Source: Verrucomicrobiales bacterium (GTDB lineage: Bacteria; Verrucomicrobiota; Verrucomicrobiia; Verrucomicrobiales; V1-33). Taken from it: a DNA stretch of 64,000 bases. How positions within the stretch are numbered: the stretch's first letter is position 1; every line of letters starts with the position of its first letter. The notes under the pieces are model-generated. The model had not been told where the DNA came from. It worked only from the letters and a program-made list of their open reading frames with translations, and searched no databases. The DNA is taken from positions 69,953-133,952 of the forward strand of contig JANOAV010000134.1 of assembly GCA_031411295.1 (NCBI GenBank), read 5' to 3'. Shown piece after piece: positions 30,218-40,465 of this stretch. Made by a program: the position numbers and the translations under genes.

Positions 30218-30240
30218 GAGGGGCAGCTTGCCCCTCCTCC
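30218..30240. other. Intercistronic hairpin between rtcB and rtcA
   Basis: GGAGGGGCA-GCT-TGCCCCTCC stem; weak U tract. Confidence 0.5.
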
Positions 30241-30297
30241 CCATTTCAATTAAATGAATTCTTCATAGGGCGATCTCGGTCCTTTTAATTTAAAAAC

Positions 30298-31320
30298 ATG
30301 ATTCAAATCACAGGTGACTCCGGCGGCGGCCAATTGCTGCGCTCCTCGCTAACTTTATCCATTCTAACTGGTCAACCATTTAAGATGTCGCAGATCCGTG
30401 GGGCGCGTCCAAAGCCGGGGTTGATGCGGCAGCATTTGACTTGCGTGCAGGCCGCGGCGGCCATTTGCGGGGCTGCGGTCGAGGGCGCGGAAATTGGGAG
30501 CACGCAGTTGACGTTTACCCCCGGGAAGATCCGTGGGGGCGACTATCAATTTGCGATTGGTTCCGGCGGCAGCACCACGCTGGTGCTCCAGACGATCCTG
30601 CCTGCGTTGCTGCAGGCCAGCGAGCCTAGCACAGTTACGATCACTGGGGGAACGCATAACCCGATGGCCCCACCGGCGGAGTTTCTTCAGCAAGCTTATT
30701 TGCCCGTGCTTCGTGACATGGGCGCGAAGGTGGAACTGCACGTGGATCGGCCGGGGTTCATGGCGGCGGGCGGCGGGATTCTCCGGGCAGAAATTTCCCC
30801 GTTGAAAAAATGGAAGCCGTTGAAACTAACTGAGCGCGGTAAATTGCTGCGGACGTCTGGGGAAGTGATTCAGGCGCATTTGCCGGATTCGATAGCCGAG
30901 CGCACCCGCCGCTCGGCGGCCAGTTTGCTGGGGTGGAAGTCGGAGGAAATCTCCCTAACCCGGGCCGCTGACAGTCTGGGGCCGGGCGGCATCATCATGC
31001 TGACGGCGGAATATGAAAACGTCACGGAACTAACCTCCGCCGTGGCTGAGATGGGTCGGAATGCGGAATCCGTTGGAGCCAGTGCGGCCAAACAGATGAA
31101 GAATTATCTGGGCACGACAGGGGCAGCGGGCGTGCATTTGGCAGATCAACTTCTCCTGCCGCTGGCGCTGGCGGGGAAAGGCCGGTTCACCACCTTCGGG
31201 CTGAGCAAGCATTTCCAAACCCACTGCGCGTTGATCCCGCAATTCCTTGCCGTGAGCTTTGAGGTCACGGAAGGAGATCACGGAACGCGGAGCGTTAGCG
31301 TTGTGAAAGGATTGTCGTAA
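30298..31320 (+). CDS. rtcA: RNA 3'-terminal phosphate cyclase
   Basis: GGGQLLR, IRGARPKPGLMRQH, GGTHNPMAP and HLADQL. Confidence 0.95.
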   Translation: MIQITGDSGGGQLLRSSLTLSILTGQPFKMSQIRGARPKPGLMRQHLTCVQAAAAICGAAVEGAEIGSTQLTFTPGKIRGGDYQFAIGSGGSTTLVLQTILPALLQASEPSTVTITGGTHNPMAPPAEFLQQAYLPVLRDMGAKVELHVDRPGFMAAGGGILRAEISPLKKWKPLKLTERGKLLRTSGEVIQAHLPDSIAERTRRSAASLLGWKSEEISLTRAADSLGPGGIIMLTAEYENVTELTSAVAEMGRNAESVGASAAKQMKNYLGTTGAAGVHLADQLLLPLALAGKGRFTTFGLSKHFQTHCALIPQFLAVSFEVTEGDHGTRSVSVVKGLS

Positions 31321-31342
31321 ACCGCCCCGCCTGCCGTTCGGC

Positions 31343-32830
31343 CTAGACCTTTGGCAGTTCGTAACCAGGGCGGTAGGTTCCGCGGGCGAGCGCGTTGGCT
31401 TCTTTGGCCAGGTCACCGGTAAACAATTCGGAGGCTCCATCGAAATTCAGCATGGCACCCAACATCAGTTTGGAGTTGGTGAGGTCCACATCGTTGTTGG
31501 CCAGGTGCTCGGCAAGTTTATCGTAGGTTTCCGCAAAGCTTGGGGTGCCCTTGATTTGTTCTTTAACAGCCTCGGTGCTAACCTCTTGCCCCAAGCGCAG
31601 AGACACGTTTGCCATGTGCGCCAGGGAGGCGCTGAGGTGGCCGGTCGTGACTTCGTGATGGGCGTCGATCTTGCCGGAACGAATGCTGGCGAAGAAGGCG
31701 TCTTGGTGGCCCGCGCCATCATTGGGCTTAAATTTGTCGATCACCTGATCGGTGGCGTTGTCATAGACCATGCCTTCGGCAATGTAAGCGCCTTCGCAAT
31801 GGAGCACGTTGCCCACCTGCACTCCGGTCTTTTTCCATGATGGGGTGCGACCTTTGAAATTCATTTTGCTATCTGGCAAACCACGCACTTCAAAGAGCAC
31901 GGGGACGGGCTTGAAGTCGAAGAAGGCAATCTGGGTGTTGGCGGTGGTGGCGTCGTCCTCATAACCGAAACGTCCGCCCAAGCTGATCACGCGGGTCGGC
32001 CCCTGCTGGGGATCGCCCACCAGCCAGCGCGCTACATCCAACTGGTGTGGCCCTTGGTTCCCAATGTCACCATTGCCGAACTCCCATTGCCAATGCCAGT
32101 CATAATGCAGACGGGTGCGCTTTACTGGAGCCACTTCGCGCGGACCACACCAGAGATCGTAGTTCACGGAGGCAGCGGGTTGCCAGGGGGCAGCTACTTT
32201 GTTGATACTTTGACGTGGCTTGTAGCAGAGGCCCCGGGACAGCAACGGCTTGCCCACTTTGCCTGACGCCACATAATCAATCACTTGTTGCCAGACGGGA
32301 TCATTGCGACGCTGCATCCCGTGCTGACAAATCAGTTTGCCGGCGTGTTTCTTGGCAATGTTAACCAACTGGCGGCCTTCCCAGATGTTGTGGGACACTG
32401 GCTTCTCAACATAGACGTGCTTCCCGGCTTCCAGCGCCCAAGCTGCGATCCATGAGTGGGTGTGATTCGGAGTGGCGATGATGACTGCATCCAGTTCCTT
32501 GCTTTCCAGCATCTTGCGGAAGTCTTGGAAATATTCGGCCTTCGCATTGGCTTTTTCAATTTCCACTTTGGCCGCATCCAGGTTGGCCTGATCCACATCA
32601 CAAATGGCGGTTAAACGCAGGCCACTATTGCCCTTGGCGATCTTACCCAGCACTTCCTTCAGGTGATATCGCCCGCGGCCACCGGGGGCATTTTTACCTG
32701 GATCATCACAGCCGATGATGCCGACGCGAATATCGGTATTGGCCCCCTGGGCGCGACTCCAGGTGGATGGCAGATAGAGGGCACCGGAGGCGGCCAGCGA
32801 GGTCTTAAGGAAGGAGCGACGGTTATTCAT
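31343..32830 (-). CDS. Tat-exported Gfo/Idh/MocA family oxidoreductase
   Basis: NRRSFLK, DAVIIATPNHTH, GKHVYVEKP and GDIGNQGPHQLD. Confidence 0.92.
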   Translation of the reverse strand: MNNRRSFLKTSLAASGALYLPSTWSRAQGANTDIRVGIIGCDDPGKNAPGGRGRYHLKEVLGKIAKGNSGLRLTAICDVDQANLDAAKVEIEKANAKAEYFQDFRKMLESKELDAVIIATPNHTHSWIAAWALEAGKHVYVEKPVSHNIWEGRQLVNIAKKHAGKLICQHGMQRRNDPVWQQVIDYVASGKVGKPLLSRGLCYKPRQSINKVAAPWQPAASVNYDLWCGPREVAPVKRTRLHYDWHWQWEFGNGDIGNQGPHQLDVARWLVGDPQQGPTRVISLGGRFGYEDDATTANTQIAFFDFKPVPVLFEVRGLPDSKMNFKGRTPSWKKTGVQVGNVLHCEGAYIAEGMVYDNATDQVIDKFKPNDGAGHQDAFFASIRSGKIDAHHEVTTGHLSASLAHMANVSLRLGQEVSTEAVKEQIKGTPSFAETYDKLAEHLANNDVDLTNSKLMLGAMLNFDGASELFTGDLAKEANALARGTYRPGYELPKV

Positions 32831-32947
32831 AAACTTAATCAGTGGGAATCAAAATGGGGCGATGGAAATGGAGAGATGTCCTCGATTTTACGTTTCAGCA
32901 ATTGGCGGTTTGGGCAAGCCACCTGCGCAACGTAATTGCGGTCAAAA

Positions 32948-34441
32948 TCATTTGGTATGCTGCTCGTCCACCGCGTCCACCCGCCAGCTGGCTTGGGTGT
33001 CATCGACGAGTTGCACAGAGAGCTTGGTGTTGCCTGCAGTCGGGTTCTTGGGGAAGACATAAATTTCCAAGCTGCCGACGGGATTCTGCGGGGTGACGAC
33101 TAAATCGGGGCGCCCATCGGCATCACGATCATTGGCGCGTTCCAGGAAATCGTCTGGTCCGGAGTAAATGCCATCGCCCTCGGCATCAATCGCCAGCAAC
33201 TCACCGTTGTCTTCATTGTAAATTTCGACCCGGGCATCGGCTGAGACTTGCGCCAGCACATTCTCGATGGAGGACCGATTCCCCCGGTAATAAATATCAT
33301 GGTAGAATGGCACCGGCCAGCTCTGCCCTTGATTCGCTTCGCTGACATTCGTCACCTGAGCGACCGTCGCTGGTCCGGCACTGGTGGTGAATTTCCCTGT
33401 GACCACCTGGCTGGATTTACCATCGGTCCAGTCCAGTTGGATCTGGTCAGTAACGTCCCCAGTTTGAGCTGCAAAAAGATACTCTACATAGAGCTTCACC
33501 CGCTCGCCTGGCAGCAGGCGCAGACGATGCTGGGCGGGATGCGGCTTGAGGCTGGGACGGAGGGAAATGAATAATTTATCTCCATCACGCTGCCAATCTA
33601 CCACATCGCCTTGCGCAGCGGTCAACGTGAGCAGTCCGGATACCGCGTTGGTTTGGTGATTAGCCAAAGTGAAACGCGCCCGCCCTCGTTCGTTATCGGT
33701 GCTGCTGACCTTGACGCTGGAGCCCAGCGGCTGAAAGCTTAGCTGCGGCTCCGGACGAGGAGCTGCCTTGGAAAATGCCTGCGCCAGGAAGGCTTCGGCC
33801 TTTTTGCGAGATCCGGCCAGCAAACGCAAGGACTCCTCGGAGAGGTCGGTCGCTCTTTCCTGCGCCAGCAGGTCCAACCACGATTGACCTTCCCGCACAT
33901 GAGCCGCCTGTTGTTCATTGCGGTAAATCCGGGCCGCGTAGATCCAGTAAAGCACGGCCTGGTTGACTTGATTCGAGTCCAGCGCATAGGCCCCCGCCCG
34001 CTCCCATGCCTGGGCCGCGGTGGCGGCGTGATTTTCCTGCTCGATGGACCAGCGAGCCAACACGTGATGGATGTAACTCAGTGGAGCACCAGCCCCCTTG
34101 GCCTCACAACGATGACGCACCTCGTGGAGTAATTTCTCCGGTGGTGCATTGAGATCGAATTCCTCCTGCTCTTCCTCCCGTTGGCCGTCCAACCAAGCTT
34201 CCACGGTGGCGGCTTGCGCCCACGCCCACGCCTCCAGCGCGCCCTCCTGCTCCGCCTCGCGTGCCAACGCGGCCAGCCCAGCAGCCGCTGATGCGCGATT
34301 GCCGGGACGGGATTGCTGCATGGCTTCGGTCACTTGGGAGCCGAGCAATGTGGCCGTGTCTTGTCCCCACGCTGCCCCCGGGCCATCCATGAGGAAAGCC
34401 AGGGCAATCGCGCAACAAACCAGACGGGGGACCAGGGACAT
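32948..34441 (-). CDS. Hypothetical exported protein (helical N-terminus, beta-rich C-terminus)
   Basis: Signal peptide; 497 aa; DAEGDG and DRDADGRPD acidic, possibly Ca-binding, motifs. Confidence 0.7.
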   Translation of the reverse strand: MSLVPRLVCCAIALAFLMDGPGAAWGQDTATLLGSQVTEAMQQSRPGNRASAAAGLAALAREAEQEGALEAWAWAQAATVEAWLDGQREEEQEEFDLNAPPEKLLHEVRHRCEAKGAGAPLSYIHHVLARWSIEQENHAATAAQAWERAGAYALDSNQVNQAVLYWIYAARIYRNEQQAAHVREGQSWLDLLAQERATDLSEESLRLLAGSRKKAEAFLAQAFSKAAPRPEPQLSFQPLGSSVKVSSTDNERGRARFTLANHQTNAVSGLLTLTAAQGDVVDWQRDGDKLFISLRPSLKPHPAQHRLRLLPGERVKLYVEYLFAAQTGDVTDQIQLDWTDGKSSQVVTGKFTTSAGPATVAQVTNVSEANQGQSWPVPFYHDIYYRGNRSSIENVLAQVSADARVEIYNEDNGELLAIDAEGDGIYSGPDDFLERANDRDADGRPDLVVTPQNPVGSLEIYVFPKNPTAGNTKLSVQLVDDTQASWRVDAVDEQHTK

Positions 34442-34553
34442 ATTTTTCTGCCGAGCGGCATACGAGGCAGTCTAAATGTTTTTTTCAATTCCGCCTAGGA
34501 AATCTTCAGGGAAATTCACCCCATGGACCTAACATCCGACCAAAGCGGTAAAA

Positions 34554-35285
34554 TCACCAGAAACCCCACTGGGCGGTTTCCATCACGTAGCATCCAAGGA
34601 GCAAATTCGTCACGGCGTGGCAAATCACGCAGGCACCCAGACTCTTGGTCCGGAGGGCCACGAAACTGATGAGGATACCGTAAATCACGCAGCCCAGCAG
34701 GTCGGGCACATGATGCCCGACGGTGAACGCGAGGATGGAGCCAGTCACGCCCACCCGATGCCATTTCCCAAACGGCACGTCGGTGAAATTTCCGTCCAGA
34801 TTGCTCAAATAGCGCCAGAGGAAGCCGCGCATCACTAACTCCTCCAGGATTGGCACCGCCACCGTCAGGCGCACGAATCGCATGAAAATAGACGCCCAGT
34901 AGGCCCCCGCATTCCCCTCCAGAATGGTGGGATCGAACCCTGGCTTGGCTCGACTGGTCATTCCGAGCCACTCGCACTCCCAGCCATAACGGCGGTTGAG
35001 TTCTGCCGGGAGCACCCACAAAATCAAGCCCACCACCCCAACCCAAACTCCCGTCCAAATCGTGCTTTTTGTGAGCGGCCGGAAATCATAATTTCGCCAC
35101 CAAAACGCGATCAAGCCCAGGCTTAGGACCGTCTGTAGCGGATAGACCCAATGCTCCGGTCCCTGTTGCCACCACGGCAGCAGCGGATTCTCCACTTTGA
35201 CCCACGCCACCAATTGCAGGAGCACCATGAAGACCACATAGGGGCCGACATAGGCAGCCAACGCATGGTGTCTCCAGCGGTTCAT
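34554..35285 (-). CDS. CPBP (CAAX/Abi) family intramembrane protease
   Basis: PILEELVMRG, FTVGH and HAVTN motifs; multiple TM helices. Confidence 0.9.
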   Translation of the reverse strand: MNRWRHHALAAYVGPYVVFMVLLQLVAWVKVENPLLPWWQQGPEHWVYPLQTVLSLGLIAFWWRNYDFRPLTKSTIWTGVWVGVVGLILWVLPAELNRRYGWECEWLGMTSRAKPGFDPTILEGNAGAYWASIFMRFVRLTVAVPILEELVMRGFLWRYLSNLDGNFTDVPFGKWHRVGVTGSILAFTVGHHVPDLLGCVIYGILISFVALRTKSLGACVICHAVTNLLLGCYVMETAQWGFW

Positions 35286-36466
35286 GCGGAGGCGGCAGCG
35301 TGCCGTGCGACAAAGCTAGCCATGCGTTCCATGGCTGTCTCCAGCAGCTTGGCATCCGTGGCGTAACAGCAGCGGACAAAACCTTCACCACATTTGCCGA
35401 AGGCGGTGCCCGGAACCACCGCCACACTTTCCTCCTGAAGCAATTTCGTGGCGAATTCCCGACTGGTCATGCCCGTGCTGCGGATATCTGGAAAGACATA
35501 GAATGCACCGCCAGGTTTGAAGCAGTTGAGGCCCATTTCATTCAGGCGCTTCACCACCAAATTCCGCCGCCGCATGTATTCCCGACGCATTTCCTCCACG
35601 GCGGCAGCTCCTGATTTCAGCGCCTCAATGCCGGCAATCTGACTGGTGATGGGCGCGCAGAGCATCGAATATTGGTGGATCTTCATCATCGCCTCCACCA
35701 ACTCCTGCGGCGCGCAAGCATAACCCAAGCGGAAGCCCGTCATGGCGAAGGCTTTGGAGAATCCATGGAAAAGAATGGTTCGTTCCCGCATCCCGGGCAG
35801 CGTCGCGATGGAGCACCACGTGTCATGCCCGTCATACATTAGCTCCGTATAAATTTCGTCCGTGAAGACGATCAAATCATGCTTGATGGCCAGCGCGGCC
35901 ACCTTTTCCAGTTCCGCGCGCGCCATCATGGCCCCCGTGGGATTGGTGGGGAAGTTGAGCATGATGATCTTCGTGCGCGGCGTGATTTTAGCCTCCACAT
36001 CTGCCGCCCGCAGTGCAAAATCGTCTTCTGCCCGAGTCTCCACTACCACCGGAACCCCGTAGGACATGGCAATGCTGGGATTGTAGGAGACGTAACAGGG
36101 CTCGTGGTAAATGACTTCATCCCCCGGATTCAAGAGGGCCCGGAAGGCCAAGTCCAATGCTTCAGACACCCCCACGGTGATCAATACTTCCTTGGCTCCT
36201 TCGTAGGCTACGTGGAAATGTTTCTCCACATAGATTGCGATTTCCTTGCGCAATTCCAGCAACCCCAGATTCGAGGTATAACTGGTGCGGCCCTCCTCCA
36301 AAGACTTAATGGCTGCCTCGCGAATGTGCCAGGGGGTGGTAAAATCAGGTTCCCCGACGCCCAGGGAAATGACATTTTCCGTTGCCAGGACTAACTCAAA
36401 GAACTCTCGAATGCCCGAACGCGGAAGGTCGCGGACGTGGTTTGCTAACTTATCAGATAAACTCAT
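35282..36466 (-). CDS. Class I/II PLP-dependent aminotransferase (YugH-like)
   Basis: SLGVGEPDF, NFPTNPTG, DEIY and GFSKAFAMTGFRLG. Confidence 0.92.
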   Translation of the reverse strand: MSLSDKLANHVRDLPRSGIREFFELVLATENVISLGVGEPDFTTPWHIREAAIKSLEEGRTSYTSNLGLLELRKEIAIYVEKHFHVAYEGAKEVLITVGVSEALDLAFRALLNPGDEVIYHEPCYVSYNPSIAMSYGVPVVVETRAEDDFALRAADVEAKITPRTKIIMLNFPTNPTGAMMARAELEKVAALAIKHDLIVFTDEIYTELMYDGHDTWCSIATLPGMRERTILFHGFSKAFAMTGFRLGYACAPQELVEAMMKIHQYSMLCAPITSQIAGIEALKSGAAAVEEMRREYMRRRNLVVKRLNEMGLNCFKPGGAFYVFPDIRSTGMTSREFATKLLQEESVAVVPGTAFGKCGEGFVRCCYATDAKLLETAMERMASFVARHAAASA

Positions 36467-36489
36467 GGGGAAATTTTCAGCGCTAAAGA

Positions 36490-36969
36490 CTAAGGTGAGA
36501 TAGGTAAACGTGGGCCATCGGTCGTGCCTTTCGCCAAGAGTCCATTTTGTTTGTAGGCTTTGAGTTGGAAGTGGGTGGCGGTGGAAATGACGCCTTCGAT
36601 GCTGCTCAATTTTTCCGCTACAAAGCGTGCCACTTGATGCAGATCACGACCATGCACGAGGACTGCGAGATCGAATCCTCCGCTCATCAGATAGCAACTG
36701 ACGACTTGATCGAAACGGGCAATGCGATCCGCCAACCGATCGAATCCGCCGCCGCGTTCCGGGGTGACTTTAACTTCAATTAATGCCGTTACCTCACCAG
36801 CTGCTGCCTTGGAGTGATCGACAATGGCCTGATAGCCCAGAATGGTCCCATCAGCTTCCCAAGCCGCTATCAAGTCGCGCACCGCAGCCGGTTGGGCCTC
36901 GGTTTGTTCAGCCAACTGCGCATCGGTGAGCTTGGCGTCTTTTTGCAATAATTCGAGAACTGGGTGCAT
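36490..36969 (-). CDS. Lrp/AsnC family transcriptional regulator (YugG-like)
   Basis: N-terminal HTH, ALIEVKVTP..GFD, YLMSGGFDL and STATHF. Confidence 0.92.
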   Translation of the reverse strand: MHPVLELLQKDAKLTDAQLAEQTEAQPAAVRDLIAAWEADGTILGYQAIVDHSKAAAGEVTALIEVKVTPERGGGFDRLADRIARFDQVVSCYLMSGGFDLAVLVHGRDLHQVARFVAEKLSSIEGVISTATHFQLKAYKQNGLLAKGTTDGPRLPISP

Positions 36970-37038
36970 GGCGGAATTCTTTAAAAGTTAGAAATGTGAA
37001 GGGGTGGAATCTTGTGCCATTCCCAGCTTTGGCAAACA

Positions 37039-37083
37039 AAAAGGCTGACCGAGCGCCATCTTACGATGATTCCCAGTCAGCCT
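37039..37083 (-). terminator. Probable terminator of the small basic protein gene
   Basis: AGGCTGAC...GTCAGCCT stem followed by TTTT on the minus strand. Confidence 0.55.
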
Positions 37084-37131
37084 CAGCAAAACGCGGTGGG
37101 AATGCAATCCACTGCGTCCTGTGGGGTTAGT

Positions 37132-37542
37132 TTACTTGGCGAAATAGCGGGTCCACTTGGCGGTCCCGGTTTTGCGGAACTGACCGTCCATGGCCTTGAT
37201 CGCGCGGAGGTAGAATACTCCGGCGGCCTGGGAAGCGGCTCGGGCGGAAATGCCTTCCGCACCAGCTGCCTTCACGACTTGCGTGAGCTTGGTGATCACT
37301 TGCTCGTCGCTCAGACGAGGCCCACGAGGACCACCACGGCCTGCTGAACCCTTGCCGGCCTTGCGACCTGCGGCTCCAGAACCACCGCCCAGATTGGACT
37401 GCAACGCACGGTAGGCGCTTTCAGCTTCTTTCATGCGCGACTGCAATAATGCCAATTTCTTCTTGCGAAGTTCGGCTAGTTTTTCTTCCAGCACGGAAAT
37501 GTGCTTGTCTAAAATCTTTTCAGATTGGGGTGTGCTTTTCAT
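37132..37542 (-). CDS. Small basic coiled-coil plus putative winged-helix protein; possible nucleoid-associated protein
   Basis: Heptad coil residues ~8-50, G/R/K-rich linker, C-terminal domain ending FRKTGTAKWTRYF. Confidence 0.75.
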   Translation of the reverse strand: MKSTPQSEKILDKHISVLEEKLAELRKKKLALLQSRMKEAESAYRALQSNLGGGSGAAGRKAGKGSAGRGGPRGPRLSDEQVITKLTQVVKAAGAEGISARAASQAAGVFYLRAIKAMDGQFRKTGTAKWTRYFAK

Positions 37543-37678
37543 AATTTAGGGAATGCAATTTGTTTTTGATTTATGGTTGCCACCCAACTTGGGGGGAGGT
37601 GACAACGGGTATATGAAATAGATTTTAATCTTATACAAGCAAAATTTTCACTTAGTGATTGGTCTTCCTGACAACGCC

Positions 37679-40408
37679 TCAAGCGTGCGCGGTTTTCCAG
37701 TCATATCCTGCTCCGAAATCCACTTGAATCGGCACCCCCAAAGGCAACGCGCCCTGCATCGCCTCCGTCACCAAAGCCTTCAGGCTGGCTACTTCTGACG
37801 CGGGCGCTTCAAATACCAATTCATCATGCACTTGCAGTAACATACGGGCGGACAAGCCGCTATTTCGCAGCGCTTTAGCGGTGCGAATCATTGCCAATTT
37901 AATCATGTCTGCCGCCGTGCCTTGGATGGGCGTATTAATGGCCGTGCGCTCCGCGGCCTTGCGGACCGTGGCATTGGCAGAGCCAATATCCCGCAGGTAG
38001 CGCCGGCGGCCCGTCAGGGTTTCCACGTAGCCCCGGGCCTTGGCTTGCTCAATCGTCTGGTCCATGTAGGCTTTGATTTGCGGGTATTGCACGAAATACT
38101 CATCAATCACTCGCTGACATTCACTGCGCGACTGTCCCAAGCGCTGCGCCAAGCCAAACGCGCTAATCCCGTAAATGATGCCAAAATTCACCATCTTGGC
38201 GGTCCGCCGCATGTCTGCATCGACAAACGCCGGCATCACTCCAAAGACTCGGGCCGCAGTGGCGGAGTGAATGTCCAAGCCCGCTTGGAAAGCTTCCTGC
38301 ATGGCGGGATCCCCGCTCAAGGCGGCCATCACTCGCAGTTCTATTTGGCTATAATCGGCGGAAACCAACACCCAGTCTGGCTGCCCGGCTACGAATCCAC
38401 GCCGAATCTCCCTGCCCTGTTCACTGCGAATGGGAATATTTTGGAGATTTGGATTGTTAGAGGACAGTCTTCCGGTGGCAGTGCTTACCTGAAGGTAAGT
38501 CGTATGCACTCTTCCCGTTTGTGGATTTAGCGCCTGCGGTAACGCGTCAACATACGTAGATTTCAATTTTGTTGCTTCCCGGTATTCCAGCAATTGGGCT
38601 ACGATGGGATGAACCGTCACTAATTCCTGTAGCACTTCCTCGTTCGTCACATACTGCCCGGTCTTGGTTTTCTTGGGTTTTGCGACCAAACGAAGCTGCT
38701 CAAACAGGATTTGCCCCAGCTGTTTGGGCGAATTCAGATTGAAATTTTGTCCCGCCAATTCCTGGATGGAGGTCTCCAAGGCGGCTATTTGGACGGCCAA
38801 TTTCTCCCCCAAAACTGCCAAAGCTGCTGGATCCACCTTGATTCCCGCATGCTCCATCCCCGCTAAAATGGGCAGCAGGGGCAACTCAATCTCTTCATAA
38901 ACCCGCTGCTGGCCGCTTTGATTCACCCGATCGAGCAGGCGCGGGTGCAATTGCCAACAAAGATCCGTCTGCTGCATAACCCTCTCCTGCCGGGCGGCGG
39001 AGTCCGCGTCGGATTCCAAGGATAGGGTATCGTTGGCGTTGGCCTCGCTGACCGGATTCGACAAGGTCAACCCAAAGTGCAATTCCGCCAGATAATTGAG
39101 ATTTGTCTTCTGCTCTGGTTCTGCCAGCGACTGAGCCAACTGAACGTCGTGCCAGGTGCCTGCTGGCTTGAGCCCATGCCGCAGCCAGACGCCCAGCTGG
39201 CCTTTCAAATCGTGTCCTATTTTGCTGCTTTCTGCGTCCTCCAACCAGGCCCTGAGCACGTCCGGCAGGGTTGGCTCGCAGGCGATATAGACGGCCTTTC
39301 CTGCCTCCCATGACATTCCCACCCCACGCACTCGTGCTCCTCGGGCATCGAACCGATCCACGTCCAGCGTGATGGCCGCCAACTTTGGCAGCGAACCTTC
39401 AAGCGTCGTTTGCGAATACTCATGAGGCCGTTCCGACATCGGGCGCAGCGGAATGGACACCACTTCAGGGGCTGGCGTTGCCTCCGTTGGCTCTCCGCGA
39501 TAACCACGCCCAGCTTTGAAATCATCTCCAAATAAGCGGCGGCCTAACTGATTAAACTCCAATTCAATCAACATCGCCTGAACCGCCGCCGGGTCATAGG
39601 GATGGATCCGCAGGGATTCCAGATCCAACGATAGCGGCACCTGCTCATCAATCGTGGTCAACTGCTTGCTGAGCGCCAACTGGGATTGGTTCGCCTCCAA
39701 ATTCTCCTTCTGTTTGCCCTTCAACTCCCCCAGGTGCTGCAAGATATTTTCCACCGTGCCAAATTTCTGAATTAAAGCCTTGGCCGTCTTCTCGCCAATT
39801 CCCGGCACTCCAGGAATGTTGTCCGAGACATCTCCCCAGAGCGCCAGGACATCAATGACTTGTCGGGGATCAGCCACCAGCCACTGTTCCTTCACCTTCG
39901 TCACGTCGATGATTTCATGGTCACTGCCCTGCCGTCCCGGCTTGTAGATGAACGTGCGTGCGTCCACTAACTGCGCAAAATCCTTGTCCGGGGTTACCAT
40001 GTAAGTCACGAAATCCCCCTGCAGTTCGGCCTGCCGGGCCAGGGTGCCAATAATGTCGTCCGCCTCATAACCATCCATGCTCAGCACGCTAATGTTGAAG
40101 GCCTCAATCAACCGCTTTACATAGGGCAGGGCCTTGCTGAGATCCTCGGGCATGGATTCTCGCTGCGCCTTGTAAGCGGGAAAGGCCACGTGTCGCGCGG
40201 TGGGCGCGGAGGTATCGAAGACGACTGCCAAGTGAGTTGGTTGCTCTGTTTTTAGCAACTCGATCAGCGTATTGGCAAAGCCATAAACTGCCGAAGTATT
40301 TAATCCCTGGGAGGTGACAATGGGCCGCACCATAAAGGCAAAGTGCGCCCGATAAACGAGCGCCATACCATCTAAAAGGAAGAGTCTGTGTTGGGGAGTG
40401 TCAGCCAT
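37679..40408 (-). CDS. polA: DNA polymerase I
   Basis: LLDGMALVYRAHF, YEADDIIG, TGRLSSNNPNLQNIP, DYSQIELR and LQVHDELVFE. Confidence 0.97.
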   Translation of the reverse strand: MADTPQHRLFLLDGMALVYRAHFAFMVRPIVTSQGLNTSAVYGFANTLIELLKTEQPTHLAVVFDTSAPTARHVAFPAYKAQRESMPEDLSKALPYVKRLIEAFNISVLSMDGYEADDIIGTLARQAELQGDFVTYMVTPDKDFAQLVDARTFIYKPGRQGSDHEIIDVTKVKEQWLVADPRQVIDVLALWGDVSDNIPGVPGIGEKTAKALIQKFGTVENILQHLGELKGKQKENLEANQSQLALSKQLTTIDEQVPLSLDLESLRIHPYDPAAVQAMLIELEFNQLGRRLFGDDFKAGRGYRGEPTEATPAPEVVSIPLRPMSERPHEYSQTTLEGSLPKLAAITLDVDRFDARGARVRGVGMSWEAGKAVYIACEPTLPDVLRAWLEDAESSKIGHDLKGQLGVWLRHGLKPAGTWHDVQLAQSLAEPEQKTNLNYLAELHFGLTLSNPVSEANANDTLSLESDADSAARQERVMQQTDLCWQLHPRLLDRVNQSGQQRVYEEIELPLLPILAGMEHAGIKVDPAALAVLGEKLAVQIAALETSIQELAGQNFNLNSPKQLGQILFEQLRLVAKPKKTKTGQYVTNEEVLQELVTVHPIVAQLLEYREATKLKSTYVDALPQALNPQTGRVHTTYLQVSTATGRLSSNNPNLQNIPIRSEQGREIRRGFVAGQPDWVLVSADYSQIELRVMAALSGDPAMQEAFQAGLDIHSATAARVFGVMPAFVDADMRRTAKMVNFGIIYGISAFGLAQRLGQSRSECQRVIDEYFVQYPQIKAYMDQTIEQAKARGYVETLTGRRRYLRDIGSANATVRKAAERTAINTPIQGTAADMIKLAMIRTAKALRNSGLSARMLLQVHDELVFEAPASEVASLKALVTEAMQGALPLGVPIQVDFGAGYDWKTAHA

Positions 40409-40465
40409 AGTGCTCAAGCTATGGAGGCTCCCGGGGAGACTGTAAATCTTAATTATCCTGCCTTC

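Noticed and set aside
28627..30297. Y RNA/tRNA-like gene or Ro60 (rsr) linked to rtcBA
   Set aside because: Non-coding gaps are under 90 nt with no cloverleaf or T-loop; no TROVE gene is present.
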